From assembly GCF_028641065.1 (NCBI RefSeq), contig NC_073384.1, positions 72,168,001 to 72,232,000 on the forward strand: a stretch of DNA of 64,000 bases, given 5' to 3'. Positions within the stretch are counted from its first letter, which is position 1; the number at the start of each line of letters is the position of its first letter. Below are positions 52,123 through 64,000 of the stretch, one piece after another. This DNA comes from Leucoraja erinacea (Eukaryota). The translations under genes and the position numbers were made by a program. Under the pieces are notes generated by a model. It saw only the letters and a list, made by a program, of their open reading frames with translations, made no database searches and was not told the origin of the DNA.

Positions 52123-52738
52123 ACCTGAGGGCAAACATTTTACTCAGAATGTGGTGGGTATGTGGCACGAGCAGCCAGAGGAGGTAGTTGAGGCAGGTGC
52201 TATAACATAATTGAAAAGACACTTGGACAGGTACATGGATAGGAAAGGTTTAGAGGGATATTGGTTAAATTTAGGCAATATTGAGTGATGGGGCATCTTG
52301 TCGACATAGACGAATTGGGCCTAAGGGCGTGCTTCCTTGCTATATGATGCTTTATAGGAATCCTCTCAATGCAATGTCAAATTTGAAGAACATTTTCAAG
52401 ACTTGTCTCAAGTTGTGAAGGGTAGATTTTAAGGAGAATCTCTGTTCAGGCATGAACCATAAAGTAGGGTGGGATTTTACCAAAAAAAAAAGTTCCCTGC
52501 TCACTTTAGGCAATAGGATGGTCCGTGTCCAGCAAAGAAATTTGGGTATTGAAACACAAAACTCACAGAAATTAATGGGACAGATTAACAGCTTTACAAA
52601 AAAGGTGTTTATGTCCAGAGCACAGAAATTAAAAGGTAAAGAAGTAACATTATACTTGTATAACTTTGTTCAATGACATTTGTAATATTGGTGCCTGGTT
52701 CGGAGTGATAGGAAAGGAAGGAAGCTGATGGTTCATAG

Positions 52739-52776
52739 CAAAGATCCTATAGCAGAGCTCTGCTATAAGATCTTTG
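52739..52776. mobile_element. 38-bp palindromic hAT-like mini-element
   Basis: caaagatcctatagcagagctctgctataagatctttg between perfect gttcatag repeats; same TIR as 45684-46245. Confidence 0.88.
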
Positions 52777-53176
52777 GTTCATAGGTTTAGAAAACACAAG
52801 CCTGTTAGACTGTTGTAGTCACTAGATGGTGCAATACTCCACCAACACCATACGAGGACACTGCAGAGCTCACCAGGCCTTTCTCTTCAAAAGCAACCAC
52901 ATCACAACTTCCATTGATCTGAATTTCTGAACATGTTTTTTCCAAAACTGCATGTTTCTGGAGATCACCAAAGTTTATTTAATTTGTGATGATCAATTAT
53001 TTTTCAATGCAATATAAGAAATATAAGCAGTTATATCTAATCTAGACCTTGCATGATAACTGATAAATTAAGAACACATTTATGAAAGATTATCAGTTGT
53101 GCTAAAAGTAATTTCCCTTCCCCAGGCACGTGGATATACAGGCAATTGAGGGAGAGGGATTATGTGCAGGCAAATG

Positions 53177-54590
53177 GAAACATAGAAAATAGGTGCAGGA
53201 ATAGGCCATTCGACCCTTCGAGCCAGCACTGCCTTTTGCAGCAGAGAATTCCACAGATTCACAAGTCTCTGCGTGAAAAACCTTTTCCTCATCTCAGTCC
53301 TAAATGGCCTAGCCCTATATTCTTAAACTGTGACCCCTGGCTCTGGACTCCCCCAATATCGGGAGCATTTTTCCTGCATCTAGCCTGTCAATCCCCTAAG
53401 AATTTTATATGTTTCTCTAAGATCCCCTCTCATCTTTCAAAATTCCAGTGAATATAAGCCCAGTCAATTCATCACAGGCCCAGTTGATTCACTAAGAGTT
53501 AGTCTTGGCATCATAGAGCCATAGATAGAGTCATACAGCATGGAAACAGGCACTTTGGCCCAACTTGCCCATGCTGACTAACATGCCCCATCTACACTAG
53601 TCCTGCACTTGGCCCTTAATCCTCTAAGCCTATCCTATCCATGTACCTGTCTAAATGTTGCTTAAATGTTATGATAATACCTGCCTCAACTACCTCCACT
53701 GAGCTCATTCCATCTACCCACCCCCTCAGGTTTCTATTAACTCTTTCCCTCACCTCAAACCTATGCCCTCTGGTTCTCGATTCCCCTACTCCGGGAAAAA
53801 GACCCTGCGCGTTTAACCGATCTATTCGTCATCATTTTGTACACTTCTATAAGATCACCCCTCATCCTCTTGCGCTCCATGGAATAGGGCCCTGGCCTGC
53901 TCAACCGCTCCCTTTAGACCCTTGAGTCCTGGCAAAATCCTCGCAAATCTTCTCTGCCCCGTTTCTAGATTGAGAATAGCTTTCTTATAACATGGTGACA
54001 AAATGAAACAAAACTCTAAATGTTGCCTCACCTAATGTCTTATACAACAGTAACTTGACCTCCAAACGTCTAAGCTCAAGACTCTGACTGATGAAGGCTA
54101 ATGTACCAAAAGTCTATTTGACCACTCTATCTACCTGTGATGCCACTTTCAATGGATTATGTACCTGTACTCCGAGATCCCTTAGCTGTACAACACTCCC
54201 CAGAGCCCTACCATTCATAGTGTAGGTCCTGCCCTTATTGGACTTCCCAAAATACAACACCTCACATTTCTATGTATTAAACTCCATCAGCCATTCCTCA
54301 GCCCACCTGCCCAAACAATCAAAAGCCTGCTGCAATTTTTGGCAACTATCTTCATTATCCACAAACCACCTACTTTAGTGTCATCTGCAAATTTGCTAAA
54401 CTTGTTACAGATGACAAACAGCAATGGGCCCAGCACCGAACCCTGATGCACACCACTAGGCACAGGCCTCCAGTCTGAAAAACACAATTCCACCCTCACC
54501 CTCTGCTTCCTTCAATGAAGCCAATTTTCTATCCACTCAGCTTTCTCTCCTTAGATCCCATGCGATCTGACCTTCTCATGCGGAACCATG
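53177..54590 (-). mobile_element. Two adjacent CR1 fragments (53177-53465 and 53515-54590)
   Basis: FFTQRLVNLWNSL; [16 protein letters not shown]...KFADDTKVG. Confidence 0.85.
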
Positions 54591-54669
54591 TTAAATGTTC
54601 AGCACACACATTGTGGGCCATGGACCATGTTCTGCTCGGACATTGTTTATGGCCTGTTTATGTGTTGTT

Positions 54670-55295
54670 CTGTTCTTTGTTCCTTCTTCAGTGAACGTGA
54701 TTTTGCCCATGCTGTTGTGCAGTCCTCACACACGTTTCCTGTTTCCCGCAGTTCTGCTCTCCCCCCCCCCCCCCCCCCCCCCATTCTCCAACATTGCTGC
54801 CACATTCAACATGATTTCACCTCCAATCACATTTCCCTTCCCACTTTTTCCGAGACCACTTTCTCCACAGCTCCTCGGCCCGCACGCTCTTATCCCACCT
54901 CCTCCCCACACAGTCTCCCCATCAACTGCAGGAGATGGAGCACCTGTCCCCTTCACCTCTTCTCTCATTTCCATCCAGGGACTCTAGCAAACCTTCCAGT
55001 CTGGTGCATTCAGTGTTCCCAACGTGGCCCTCTTTACAAGGGTGAGACCACGTCTAGACGAGGCAACTGTTTTGCCAAACTCTTGTGCTCTGTTCACCAA
55101 AGCCTGCCGGAGCTCCAGGTTGCTAACTATTTTAACTACCCTTCTCATTACCATGCCAACCTTTGTACACTTGGTCTCCACCATTGCCAGACTGAAGCCA
55201 CACACACAAACTGGAAGAACAGCACATTATATTCCGCTTGTGTAGCTTATTATAACCTATTAGCATGAACATTAAATTTTCCAATGTCAAGTAAT
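54670..55295 (+). mobile_element. Old, decayed Neptune-type PLE 3' part
   Basis: CRRWSTCP and CIQCSQRGPLYKGET; colinear with 34500-35230. Confidence 0.7.
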
Positions 55296-55602
55296 ACCCA
55301 CCTACACCCCACCCCTACCCCCCCCCCCCCCCCCCCCCCCCTGCATGCCCATTTCTCCCAACCAGTCACCCTACTCCTTTCTTCACCTCTGTAATCTCAT
55401 CTCCCATTCCCGAGTGCCATGTTTCCATTTTATTCCCCCTCCTTTCCACCCATAACCCTCCTTCTGGCTTTAAATGTCACTCTTCCTCTTCTTTCATCAT
55501 CTGACCGCCATCCTTGTGTCCCCTTTTCATCCCCAGCCTTTGTTACTTACGCCAGAGAGCTGCCAAAAAAACGCCTCCCCCACCTGTCTCTACTTGTCAC
55601 TT

Positions 55603-55762
55603 GTGTGGGAAGGATCCGCAGATGCTGGTTTACGCCAAAGACAGATACAAAATGCTGGAGTAACTCAGCGGGACGGGCAGCATCTCTGGAGAGAAGGAAT
55701 GGGTGAGACGTTTCGGATCGAGACACTTCATCAGACTGAGAGTCAGGGGAAAGGGAAACTAA
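55603..55762 (-). mobile_element. PLE 3' tail with hammerhead motif (CTGATGA variant)
   Basis: Minus strand tcagtCTGATGAagtgtctcgatccGAAAcgtc. Confidence 0.7.
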
Positions 55763-56614
55763 TGTATTCACTTGCCACTCTTTTCCAACCCCCACCACTC
55801 TTTTCCAGCTTTCTCGCCCCAACTGGATTAGTCTTAAGAAGGTTCCCGATGTGAAGTGTCATCTCTCTTATTTTTGCTGCATTCCAACTAATCATCCTAG
55901 TACCTTTGTCAACAGCAAAGTGCGGGAGGAACTCAGTGGTCAGGCAGCATCTGTGGAGGGAAACGGATGTTTTGGGTTGAGACTCTGCGTGACCTACAGA
56001 GTTCCTCCAGCAGATTTTTTATTGTCCCAGATTCCAGCATCTGTATCCAAATATCATTCCAGCTTTCATTTTTTTTTTTTTTTGCCCTTTCTTTATGAAA
56101 TGATTACATTCAAATATTTGTGTGAACAAATATTTAAAGCAGAAACCCTTGGAGTAACCTCACCTCACACAACCAGTGAAGAACAACCATCCCGTAACTA
56201 CATGTACATGAATAAATTAAAAAACATTTAATTGAAATTTTCCATTTATTCCACAAGGCCTATTTCGTATCAAATACCTCTCCATTCAACATGTTGTTCC
56301 CATTTTCGATTCTTATGCTTTTCCTTCTCATGCTCCTTCCAGGTCATGAGAAGCTGGAAAATAGACTGCTGCTGTTGCTCCATTGCGAAATATGCAACGG
56401 CAACAAAGAATAACTAGCCGTCTGGCTTTCCTTCAGCCCCATGAAGCAGCAGGCAGCCTCCACCTACAATTCTTGCAACATCATCAATATCCAGAAATCA
56501 AACCATGAGAGAAACTAAAGACCAGCGTACGTCAAATTCAATTCATATTAGTGATTTGGAACATTTTGAGCTTAATAAACTAGAACAACCATATCGAAAT
56601 TATCTCATTTGACT

Positions 56615-56905
56615 TAGAAACATAGAAACGTAGAAAATAGGTGCAGGAGGAGGCCATTCGGCCCTTCGAGCCAGCACCGCCATTCATTGCAATCATGGCT
56701 GATTGTCCCTAATCAATAACCTGTGCTTGCCTTCTCCCCTTATTCCTTGATTCCACTAGCCCCGAGAGCTTTAACTCTCTCTTAAATCCATCCAGTGATT
56801 TGGCCTCCACTGCCCTGTGTGGCAGGGAATTCCACAAATTCCCAACTCTCTGGGTGAAAAAGTTTTTTCTCACCTCAGTCTTAAATGGCTTCCCCTTTAT
56901 TCTAA
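56615..56905 (-). mobile_element. CR1 3' end
   Basis: (ctatgttt)n-type tail, same family as 10368. Confidence 0.85.
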
Positions 56906-57054
56906 TGCCCCTGTCCCAATTAGGAAACCTGATCGGAAACCTCTGGAGACTTTGGAAATTTTAAATTAGCATCGTCAACATGTCACATGGCACCCATCAC
57001 CTCCACAGATGCTGCCTGACTGCTGAGTTATTCCAGCACTTTATGTTTTATGTG

Positions 57055-57372
57055 GACGGCCAGGTGGCGCAGCGGTAGAGTTGCTGCCTTACAACGCTTG
57101 GAGAGCCCGAGACCCTGGTTCGATCCTGACTACGGGTGCTGTCTGTACGGAGTTTGTACGTTCTCCCCTTGACCTGCGTGGGTTTTCTCCGAGATCTTTG
57201 GTTTGCTCCCACACTACAAAGACGTACAGGTTTGTAGGTTAATTGGCTTGGGATAAGTGTAAATTGTCCCTAGTGAATGTGGAATAGTGTTAATGTACGG
57301 GGATCGCTGGTCGGCGCGGACTCGGTGGGCCGAAGGGCCTGTTTCCGCGCAGTATCTCAGAACTAAACTAAA
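57055..57372 (+). mobile_element. HE1-like V-SINE, full length
   Basis: A-box tggcgcagcggtag, B-box ggttcgatcc, V-domain, CR1-derived tail with (ctaaa)n. Confidence 0.9.
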
Positions 57373-58424
57373 CATGCCACAATGGAAATTATAAGCTATT
57401 ATTGCCAGTTTACACTCAGTATTTTCTCAGCTTTTCCAGTGCCCTTTTGCTAGGTTTAGAACTGTACTGCACGGAAATGCACCTTTGAATGGAGTCTCCT
57501 TGTCCAAAGTATGATTTGATAGTTTCCAGTGTGTAAGAGAACTCCAATTTACATAGCTCACTGAGGACCTCAAGTGGCAGAGACATGGGAGCAGAAATAA
57601 AACATCAAAACCAAACAAATAAACTTATGGAAGGGCCTTCAAAATATATTAGCAAAACATACACACATAGTAAAGAACTGTGTCTTCCTAAACCTACCTG
57701 ATCTCCTGGTTGCCAAACACTTTAACATCCGGAGGCTGCAGCGAATCGCCCGATCAGCTGAGGAGGTTATTGGTAGCAACCTTCCCTCCATTGACGAACT
57801 GTACACTGCAAGGGCCAGGAAATGAGCGGGTAAGATCATCTACTCATTAACCCCTCCTTCTTTTGCTTTGGTATTTTTATTTAATTCACATGTTTAATTA
57901 ATAATGTTTTATTATTAATCTTTTGATTAATCACTTCATCCTCTACTGAATGTTGTCACGTGACTCCAAGGAAATTCTGTCAATAGCTGCCACAGCCATT
58001 CAAAAACTTTTAACTTCCTCTCCCATAAAAACAGCGTTTCTTTCCTCTACTGTCAGAGTAGGCCCAGTGCAAGTTGGAGAACAGCATAGAAATTAGGTTT
58101 ACGTCCCAGGCTAGTAGGACTTCTCTAACTTAACCCTTGCGGCTCTCTCTCGAGACTTTCTCACCGCCATTCAATATGATCATTTTATGGCTGATCATCC
58201 AAGCTCAATGATCTGTTCTACATGCCTTGATCTCCACCCCCTTTGATGTCCTCACCCTGATCTCCCTGTCTCCACAAGGGCCACATCTAACTCCAGTCTT
58301 AAAAGGGTCTAGCTAATCAACTGGCCTCAAAGATACTCCCACTTTACTGTGGCAGAGAAAATTGCAGGAGTAGGCCATTCGGCCCTTCGAGCCTCACCGC
58401 CATCTGCGTGAAAAACCCCCTGTT

Positions 58425-58752
58425 TTTCTAACTCCATCTTAAATATAGCTAATGAACTGGCCTCAACTACCTTCTGTGGCAGAGAATTCCAGAGATTCAC
58501 CACTCTCTGCGTGAAAAATGTTTTTCTCATCTCGGTCCTAAAAGATTTCCCCCTTATCCTTAAACTGTGACCCCCTTGTTCTGGATTTCTCCAACATCGG
58601 GAACAATCTTCCTGCATCTAACCTGTCCAACCCCTTAAGAATTTTGTAAGTTTCTATAAGATCCCCCCTCAATCTTCTAAATTCTAGCGAGTACAAGCCA
58701 AGTCTATCCAGTCTTCATATGAAAGTCCTGACATGCCAGGAATCAGTCTGGA
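58425..58752 (-). mobile_element. CR1 3' region
   Basis: GHSLRIRGKSFRTEMRKTFFTQRVVNLWNSLPQ. Confidence 0.85.
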
Positions 58753-60000
58753 TAACCTCCTCTTGTGTCTAACACATGGTAAAGGGCCGTTAATATCAAA
58801 GAACAGTCTTTGCCGTCTTTAATCACACGTTCATGTTCTCTTACCACCCAAAAATCAGGCAGAGCAGAAACTAAGTGATCGGTGCCAAAGAGTGTGTGGT
58901 GAGATGGTTTCTTTTGCAGGTCAAGGCTGATGCCAATACACATTGCTGTTAAAAAGCATTGCTCCTTCATCTCACCGCCCACCCTAGACCTTGAAATCCT
59001 CTCCCACCGGACAATTCTGAGCCTAAATAAATGTTATTCAAAGAAGACTCTAAACCTCCAGCAGTTTCTTTGTGCTCCAGATTCCAGCATCTGCACTCAC
59101 TCTGAAAATGAATTTCTCACTTTGCACACTTATCTGTAAATTAATAAGAATGCACCAACTTACAATGACTTCAGACTGGATTGGCAGTTTGTACATTCAG
59201 GTTCTTTTGCATTTGCGAGAACAGAACATAGTCAATGATCGTAGCAGGAATGAGTACAGGGTCAATTATGCTGTTATTTCCCAGAAACAGACATAGAACA
59301 TTGACTTTTCAAATGCTGCCGAACTTTTTTTCTAACTTTCCTCACAACGTATGTTTGTGAATGATTTCTTGAGTTGTGGTTACCCTTAATTTTCCCACCT
59401 AAATTATCATTCATGACAAAAGCCTCAACTGTGAACATTTACGAGATTAGGAGCATGTACTAATCTGGAACAACGGACAATCACTATTGAGCAGCCAACT
59501 TTTCAGCAATTCTTAATGAAATCCCTAGATATTTTTCCAGCCTGATCTCTCTAGTATAGATACATGGCAACAATGCCCCATTACCAATTACTGGCCTGAA
59601 TTCCATTTGGACTACGAAAATAGACACAAAAAGCTTAAGTAACCGAGCGGGTCAGACTGCATCTCTGGAGAAAAGGAATAAGTGACGTTTCAGGTCGAGA
59701 CCCTTCAACAAATTGGATGTACAAATTCAGCGTTGGTCAGGTCAATTGAAAAACAGTAGAGAAGGAGCAGCAGCCTTAATAATTAAGAATACAGTCACTT
59801 CAATGGCAAGAGGCTAATAACAGGAGATAAATGGAGGCATCTTGGTAGGAATAATTAAAACAATTAAGATGATGAATCCCATGATGAAAGCAGTGAAATA
59901 GAAAAATGCTTAACAGCAGAAATTGCACAATACTATGGCATAGTTGGAATGATATGCTGATGGATTTTTAAAATCACATATAGGTTTGGATAAACAAGTA

Positions 60001-60268
60001 CAGTGCCCTCCATAATGTTTGGGTCAAAGACCAATCATTTATTTATTTGCCTCTGTACTCCACAATTTGAGATTTGAAATAGAAAAAAATCACATGTGGT
60101 TAAAGTGCACATTGTTAGATTTTATTAAAGGCCATTTTTAAACATTTTGATTTCACCATGTAGAAATTACAGCTGTGTTTTTATATTACAAAACTCAAAT
60201 TGTGAAGTACAGAGGCAAATAAATAAATAAATGAAGGGTCTTTGTCCCAAACATTATGGAGGGCACTG
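60001..60268. mobile_element. Tc1-derived MITE (two fused TIRs)
   Basis: TA|cagtgccctccataatgtttggg ... cccaaacattatggagggcactg|TA. Confidence 0.9.
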
Positions 60269-60629
60269 TATATTTCTGGAGTGCATGCTGCCCTTAACAA
60301 TATGTCAAAAAAAACAACTGGATAGGCCACTTTTAATTTACCATTCAACCAGACTGAGCTTACAGCTTAATAGTGTTTGAATATTTATATGTAGTCACTA
60401 GACTAAGTGGGACCCGTTGGGTCCCATGTTCACACGGCAGGGCTGGTCCCCCGACGCAATATTCCACCTCTCCACCAATTCCAATATTGGTGGCCAGTGG
60501 GGGGGCTATCTGGAGTGCTGGTATGGGTTCTTGGGGTGGCAGCTCAGTCCCTCAAGCCTGATCTGCTGGCAGCTCACTCACGGCTGGTGGGCTGGCAGTT
60601 GACTCATGACTATTCCTTGAAATTCCTTT

Positions 60630-60885
60630 TCAAGCAGGGTGTAAGGCCACCAAATTCAAGTGCAGTTTCTTACCACTTTCAGCAGGGTGCAAGGCCACCA
60701 AATTCAAGTGCAGATTCCTACCACTTCAAGCAGGGTGCAAGGCCACCAAATTCAAGTGCAGTTTCATACCACTTTCAGCAGGGTGCAAGGCCACCAAATT
60801 TAAGTGCAGTTTCATTCCACTTCAAGCAGGGTGCAAGACCACCAAATTCAAATGCACCTTCATACCATTTCAGGCAGGGTGAAAC
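60630..60885. repeat. 48-bp minisatellite, ~5 copies, inside the Helitron
   Basis: Unit cagggtgcaaggccaccaaattcaagtgcagtttcataccactttcag. Confidence 0.92.
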
Positions 60886-61249
60886 CACCACAAAACCACA
60901 CAAAACATCAAACTCACAGTTCAGTAGACATTCAGTGTGTTCAGTTGATTCACAGCTCAAACAGTCGTGACCTCTCCCTCCCCCATCATGCAGAGACTGA
61001 GCCACACCCACACTTCCGGGTTTTATAACTCCTCCCCCTCCCACCGGAAAAGGTGTGGTTTTCAGGGTGTGATTGACAGGAGAGAGATTCTCATCATTTT
61101 TTAAACACTAATAACACTTTTATTTTTCATTGATGGAAAGAATTCTCTGCACCTGCTCAGCGGAGGGGGGACTGAGTAAGATGTCCAAAAATCACAGCCG
61201 TAAGTGGTAGCATTTTATCTTAAATCAATATACAGTGCAAACAGGAAGT

Positions 61250-61728
61250 GCATTTGCAGTAGTGCCTTTTAACTTCAAGCCAAAGCACCCAAGCCGCCAT
61301 TTGCAGTAAGTAGTGCCTTTCAACTTCAAGCCAAACCACCCAAGCCGCCATTTGCAGTAAGTACTGCCTTTCAACTTAAAGCCAAAGCACCCAAGCCACC
61401 ATTTGCAGTGAGTAGTGCCTTTCAATCAAGCCAAAGCACCCATGCCACCATTTGCAGTAAGTAGTGCCTTTCAACTTCAAGCCAAAGCACCCAAACCACA
61501 ATTTGCAGTAAGTAGTGCCTTTCAGCTTCAAGCCAAAGCACCCAAACCACCATTTGCAGTAAGTAGTGCCTTTCAGCTTCAAGCCAAAGCACCCAAGCCA
61601 CCATTTGCAGTAAGTAGCGCCTTTCAAATTAAAGCCAAAGCACCCAAGCCACATTTGCAGTAAGTAGTGCCAACTTCAAGCCAAAGCACCCAAACAACCA
61701 TTTGCAGGCAGTGCCTTTTTACTTCAAA
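61250..61728. repeat. 51-bp minisatellite, ~9 copies, inside the Helitron
   Basis: Unit gccaaagcacccaagccaccatttgcagtaagtagtgcctttcaacttcaa. Confidence 0.93.
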
Positions 61729-63195
61729 CAAACCATATTTTCATTTTCAAACCACATTAAGGGGACTCACAGTTGTGTAGACATTTGTTCAGTGTTATTC
61801 AGAGCTCAGAGAGACGTGACCCTTGGCTTCATCCATCTTGCAGAGACTGAATGAGGCACACCACTTCCTGGTTTTATAGTTCCTCCCCCTCCCTCCAGCA
61901 GGGGCAGCAGAGAGAATGGTGAATATTTTTAAAACATTAATATCTCTCTGATTTGGCATCGATGGGAAAAATCCCCCGTAAGGTGGAGGGGGGCTCTGAG
62001 CGAGGTGGCCAAAAATGACGGCCGTACGTGGCAGCGTTCTGTCGGAAATCACAGCACAGTGGGCCAAAAGCGGTCAAGATCAGAGTTTTAGTAATATAGA
62101 TAATACAATGAAATTCAATGAAGTGGCCAATGGGGAAAATTATGAACCTGCTGCAAAGATCCTAGATTTGAGTAAATATGTCCTTAATGCCGTGTTAGAG
62201 CCATGCATGGTGACCATTCCTTGGAAGAAATTTAAACTAAAAGAAAAACATATAATAAAGGCAGAAACAAGTGGTGATGACAAAGTGACAAAGAATAAAA
62301 AGGTGACAGAAAAGTAAAGCCTATAGAAAATAACACGTTACATAAATTTAGGTCGGATATTAAAATAAAAACAAATAAAAAGATTGAGTAAAAGAGAGCC
62401 ATGTGAGCTTATTAAAAATAATTAATAATGATTCCATTAATAATAAGGGAATATTAAATGAAAATGTGCACCAACATATGTAATGGTGGAAAGGATAGAA
62501 TGCGGCATCCCAAGGAAATGAACAAAATATCAGCGAAAATTACAGATTAAAATTTCCAATTTACCAGAATAACACTTGTGAATAAAATAATGCATTAAAG
62601 GATGACAGGACCCTACTTCCTGATGGATTTCATTACAGAGTTTTAAAGGAAGCAGGTGAAATTATTGTAGATGCCCAATGATTTTTTGAATTGGGAACCA
62701 CTCTTTTTAATTGGCAAATGTGGGTGCCACATTTTACTTGAAGAAAGGAGATGCAGACCAGGGAAATATAGACCAGTTAGCTTTAATATCTAGTTTGAGT
62801 TCATTATTATCCAAGTCCGTACCAGAGAATGCGGTTGAACAGATGAATCCTGCTTTGATTTAAAAAACGAGTAGACTGTGACAGGTACGGATGGACAAAA
62901 TTGTTTTGAAGAGAAGGATAACAGAGTGTATTGGTTATAGTGGTGTGAAAGGCACTCTCTCATAAGAGGATGTTACTAAAGAGGAAACTCATAGTAATGA
63001 AGGGAAATTACTGACTTGCTTCCAAATTTGGCCAAGCAGTTGGAAATGCAGCACAGTGATGATGGAAATATGTAGACAGACAGAATATGATTAGTTGTAA
63101 ATTGTATAGATCTTAGTCAGGATTTATTCATCCTGCCTGCGAACTGTTTGCAAAGTGGGAGCGGATTTCATCGAAATGTATCAATGAAAGAAATG

Positions 63196-63610
63196 TACCC
63201 CTGTCCCACTTAGGTGATTTTTTTAGTTGACTACAGATGACTAGGCTGTCACCACATAGTCGCCGGGGTGTCGCCTGTCTGGTCGTGAGTCGTCTCCTCA
63301 GTCACCCAAAGAGTCGTAGCGTCTTTCTGATCGCCGCTGGATTTTAAACATGTTGTAAGATTTTTGGAGACAGTCGGCGACAGTGGGCTGACGCCAATGA
63401 GCGTAGCATGACTTCTCCTGACTTAGGTACTGTCGTAGTTGTCGCCAGGTGACGTAGGTTGTCGCCGGTGCTGACTTTGGGGTTTTTTTCTTGTTAAAGT
63501 AATGATTCTATTTCAAATTTTATGTCAAAGGGGGGGTCCAGTTGCCGGTTTTTCGGCGACCTGCTACGACTATGACAGTCACCTAAAAATAGCCCAAGTG
63601 GGACAGGCCT
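63196..63610. mobile_element. PIF/Harbinger-type MITE (reverse orientation to 40760)
   Basis: Ends tacccctgtcccacttagg / cccaagtgggacaggcct|TAA; interior is largely the reverse complement of 40760-41292. Confidence 0.8.
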
Positions 63611-64000
63611 TAAAGTGTCATTGTAGATGGAAATGCAAAATCACAAACATATAATTGCAGAGAAAACAACCCTGAACAGTAATGGAAAGCAAGCATTTAT
63701 ATCCCAAGGACTGGAGAACACACAGTTAAATATCGTGCTGCAGCTATTCACCACACCTGACGTATTACAAGAGGTTCTGGGCACCGCACCTGAGGAAGGA
63801 ATCCAACATAGATTTATACCAGACTCCTAGGGCCAAATTACAAGGAACTATTATACATTTGTTATTATATTCCCAGGAATGTTGACTATCGACAGCAAAG
63901 ATTTACATTTTCAAGAGATTAAGGAGAACATACAGGGTAGATATCAACTATTTCCACTGTACACAAAATGTAGGCCTCATTGGGCAATGTTTAAAGATGT

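Larger units (their letters stand above)
49956..52330 (+). mobile_element. CR1 LINE RT-to-3' segment with nested PLE (~50282-50485), CR1 (50980-51347, minus) and hAT insertions
   Basis: DFNKAFDKVPHGRLL, KFAD and [11 protein letters not shown] motifs are colinear across the inserts. Confidence 0.85.
60398..62100 (-). mobile_element. Non-autonomous Helitron
   Basis: Minus strand A|TCTATATTACT 5' end and CTAG|T 3' end; 8-bp hairpin tgggaccc-gtt-gggtccca (60408-60426) 10 nt from the end; no TSD. Confidence 0.88.
59740..63900 (+). mobile_element. Very old CR1 ORF2 remnant hosting the Tc1 MITE, Helitron and Harbinger MITE
   Basis: Scattered colinear motifs: PDGFHYRVLKE near 62619, PGKYRPVS near 62758, gttctgggcaccgcacctgaggaagg near 63774. 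Confidence 0.5.

Noticed and set aside
57062-57135. tRNA-like sequences with A and B boxes (also 29780, 21788 and others)
   Set aside because: They are SINE heads continuing into the V-domain and tail, not tRNA genes.
60407-60970. 187-aa ORF with QGARPPNSSAVSYHF repeats
   Set aside because: By-product of a 48-bp minisatellite inside a Helitron; no splice or homology support.
61250-61728. Regular array that might suggest CRISPR
   Set aside because: Head-to-tail 51-bp units with no unique spacers, eukaryotic context, no cas genes.

Overview
Eukaryotic, very repeat-rich vertebrate DNA, most likely a cartilaginous fish such as a skate or ray (inferred from HE1-type V-SINEs and shark-type CR1 LINEs). 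The only host gene sequence I can support is one 241-bp internal coding exon on the minus strand (11933-12173), which matches ARID1B (equivalent to human exon 5). The rest of the window is therefore probably two large ARID1B introns. They are filled with Neptune-type Penelope-like elements (PLEs) and many short derivatives carrying minimal hammerhead ribozymes, CR1, Rex1/Babar and L1/Tx1 LINE fragments, about 15 V-SINEs, Tc1, PIF/Harbinger and hAT MITEs with clear target-site duplications (TSDs), and a 1.7-kb non-autonomous Helitron with internal minisatellites. Most notable are: short TSD-flanked hammerhead and fold-back PLE insertions whose turning point lies in the ribozyme core; a 97-bp hammerhead-only insertion; a 38-bp palindromic hAT-type element; a ~58-bp TSD; a local duplication giving filled and empty insertion sites; and TE-free blocks that may be enhancers. 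Family names come from recalled motifs, not database searches, and boundaries without a TSD are approximate.
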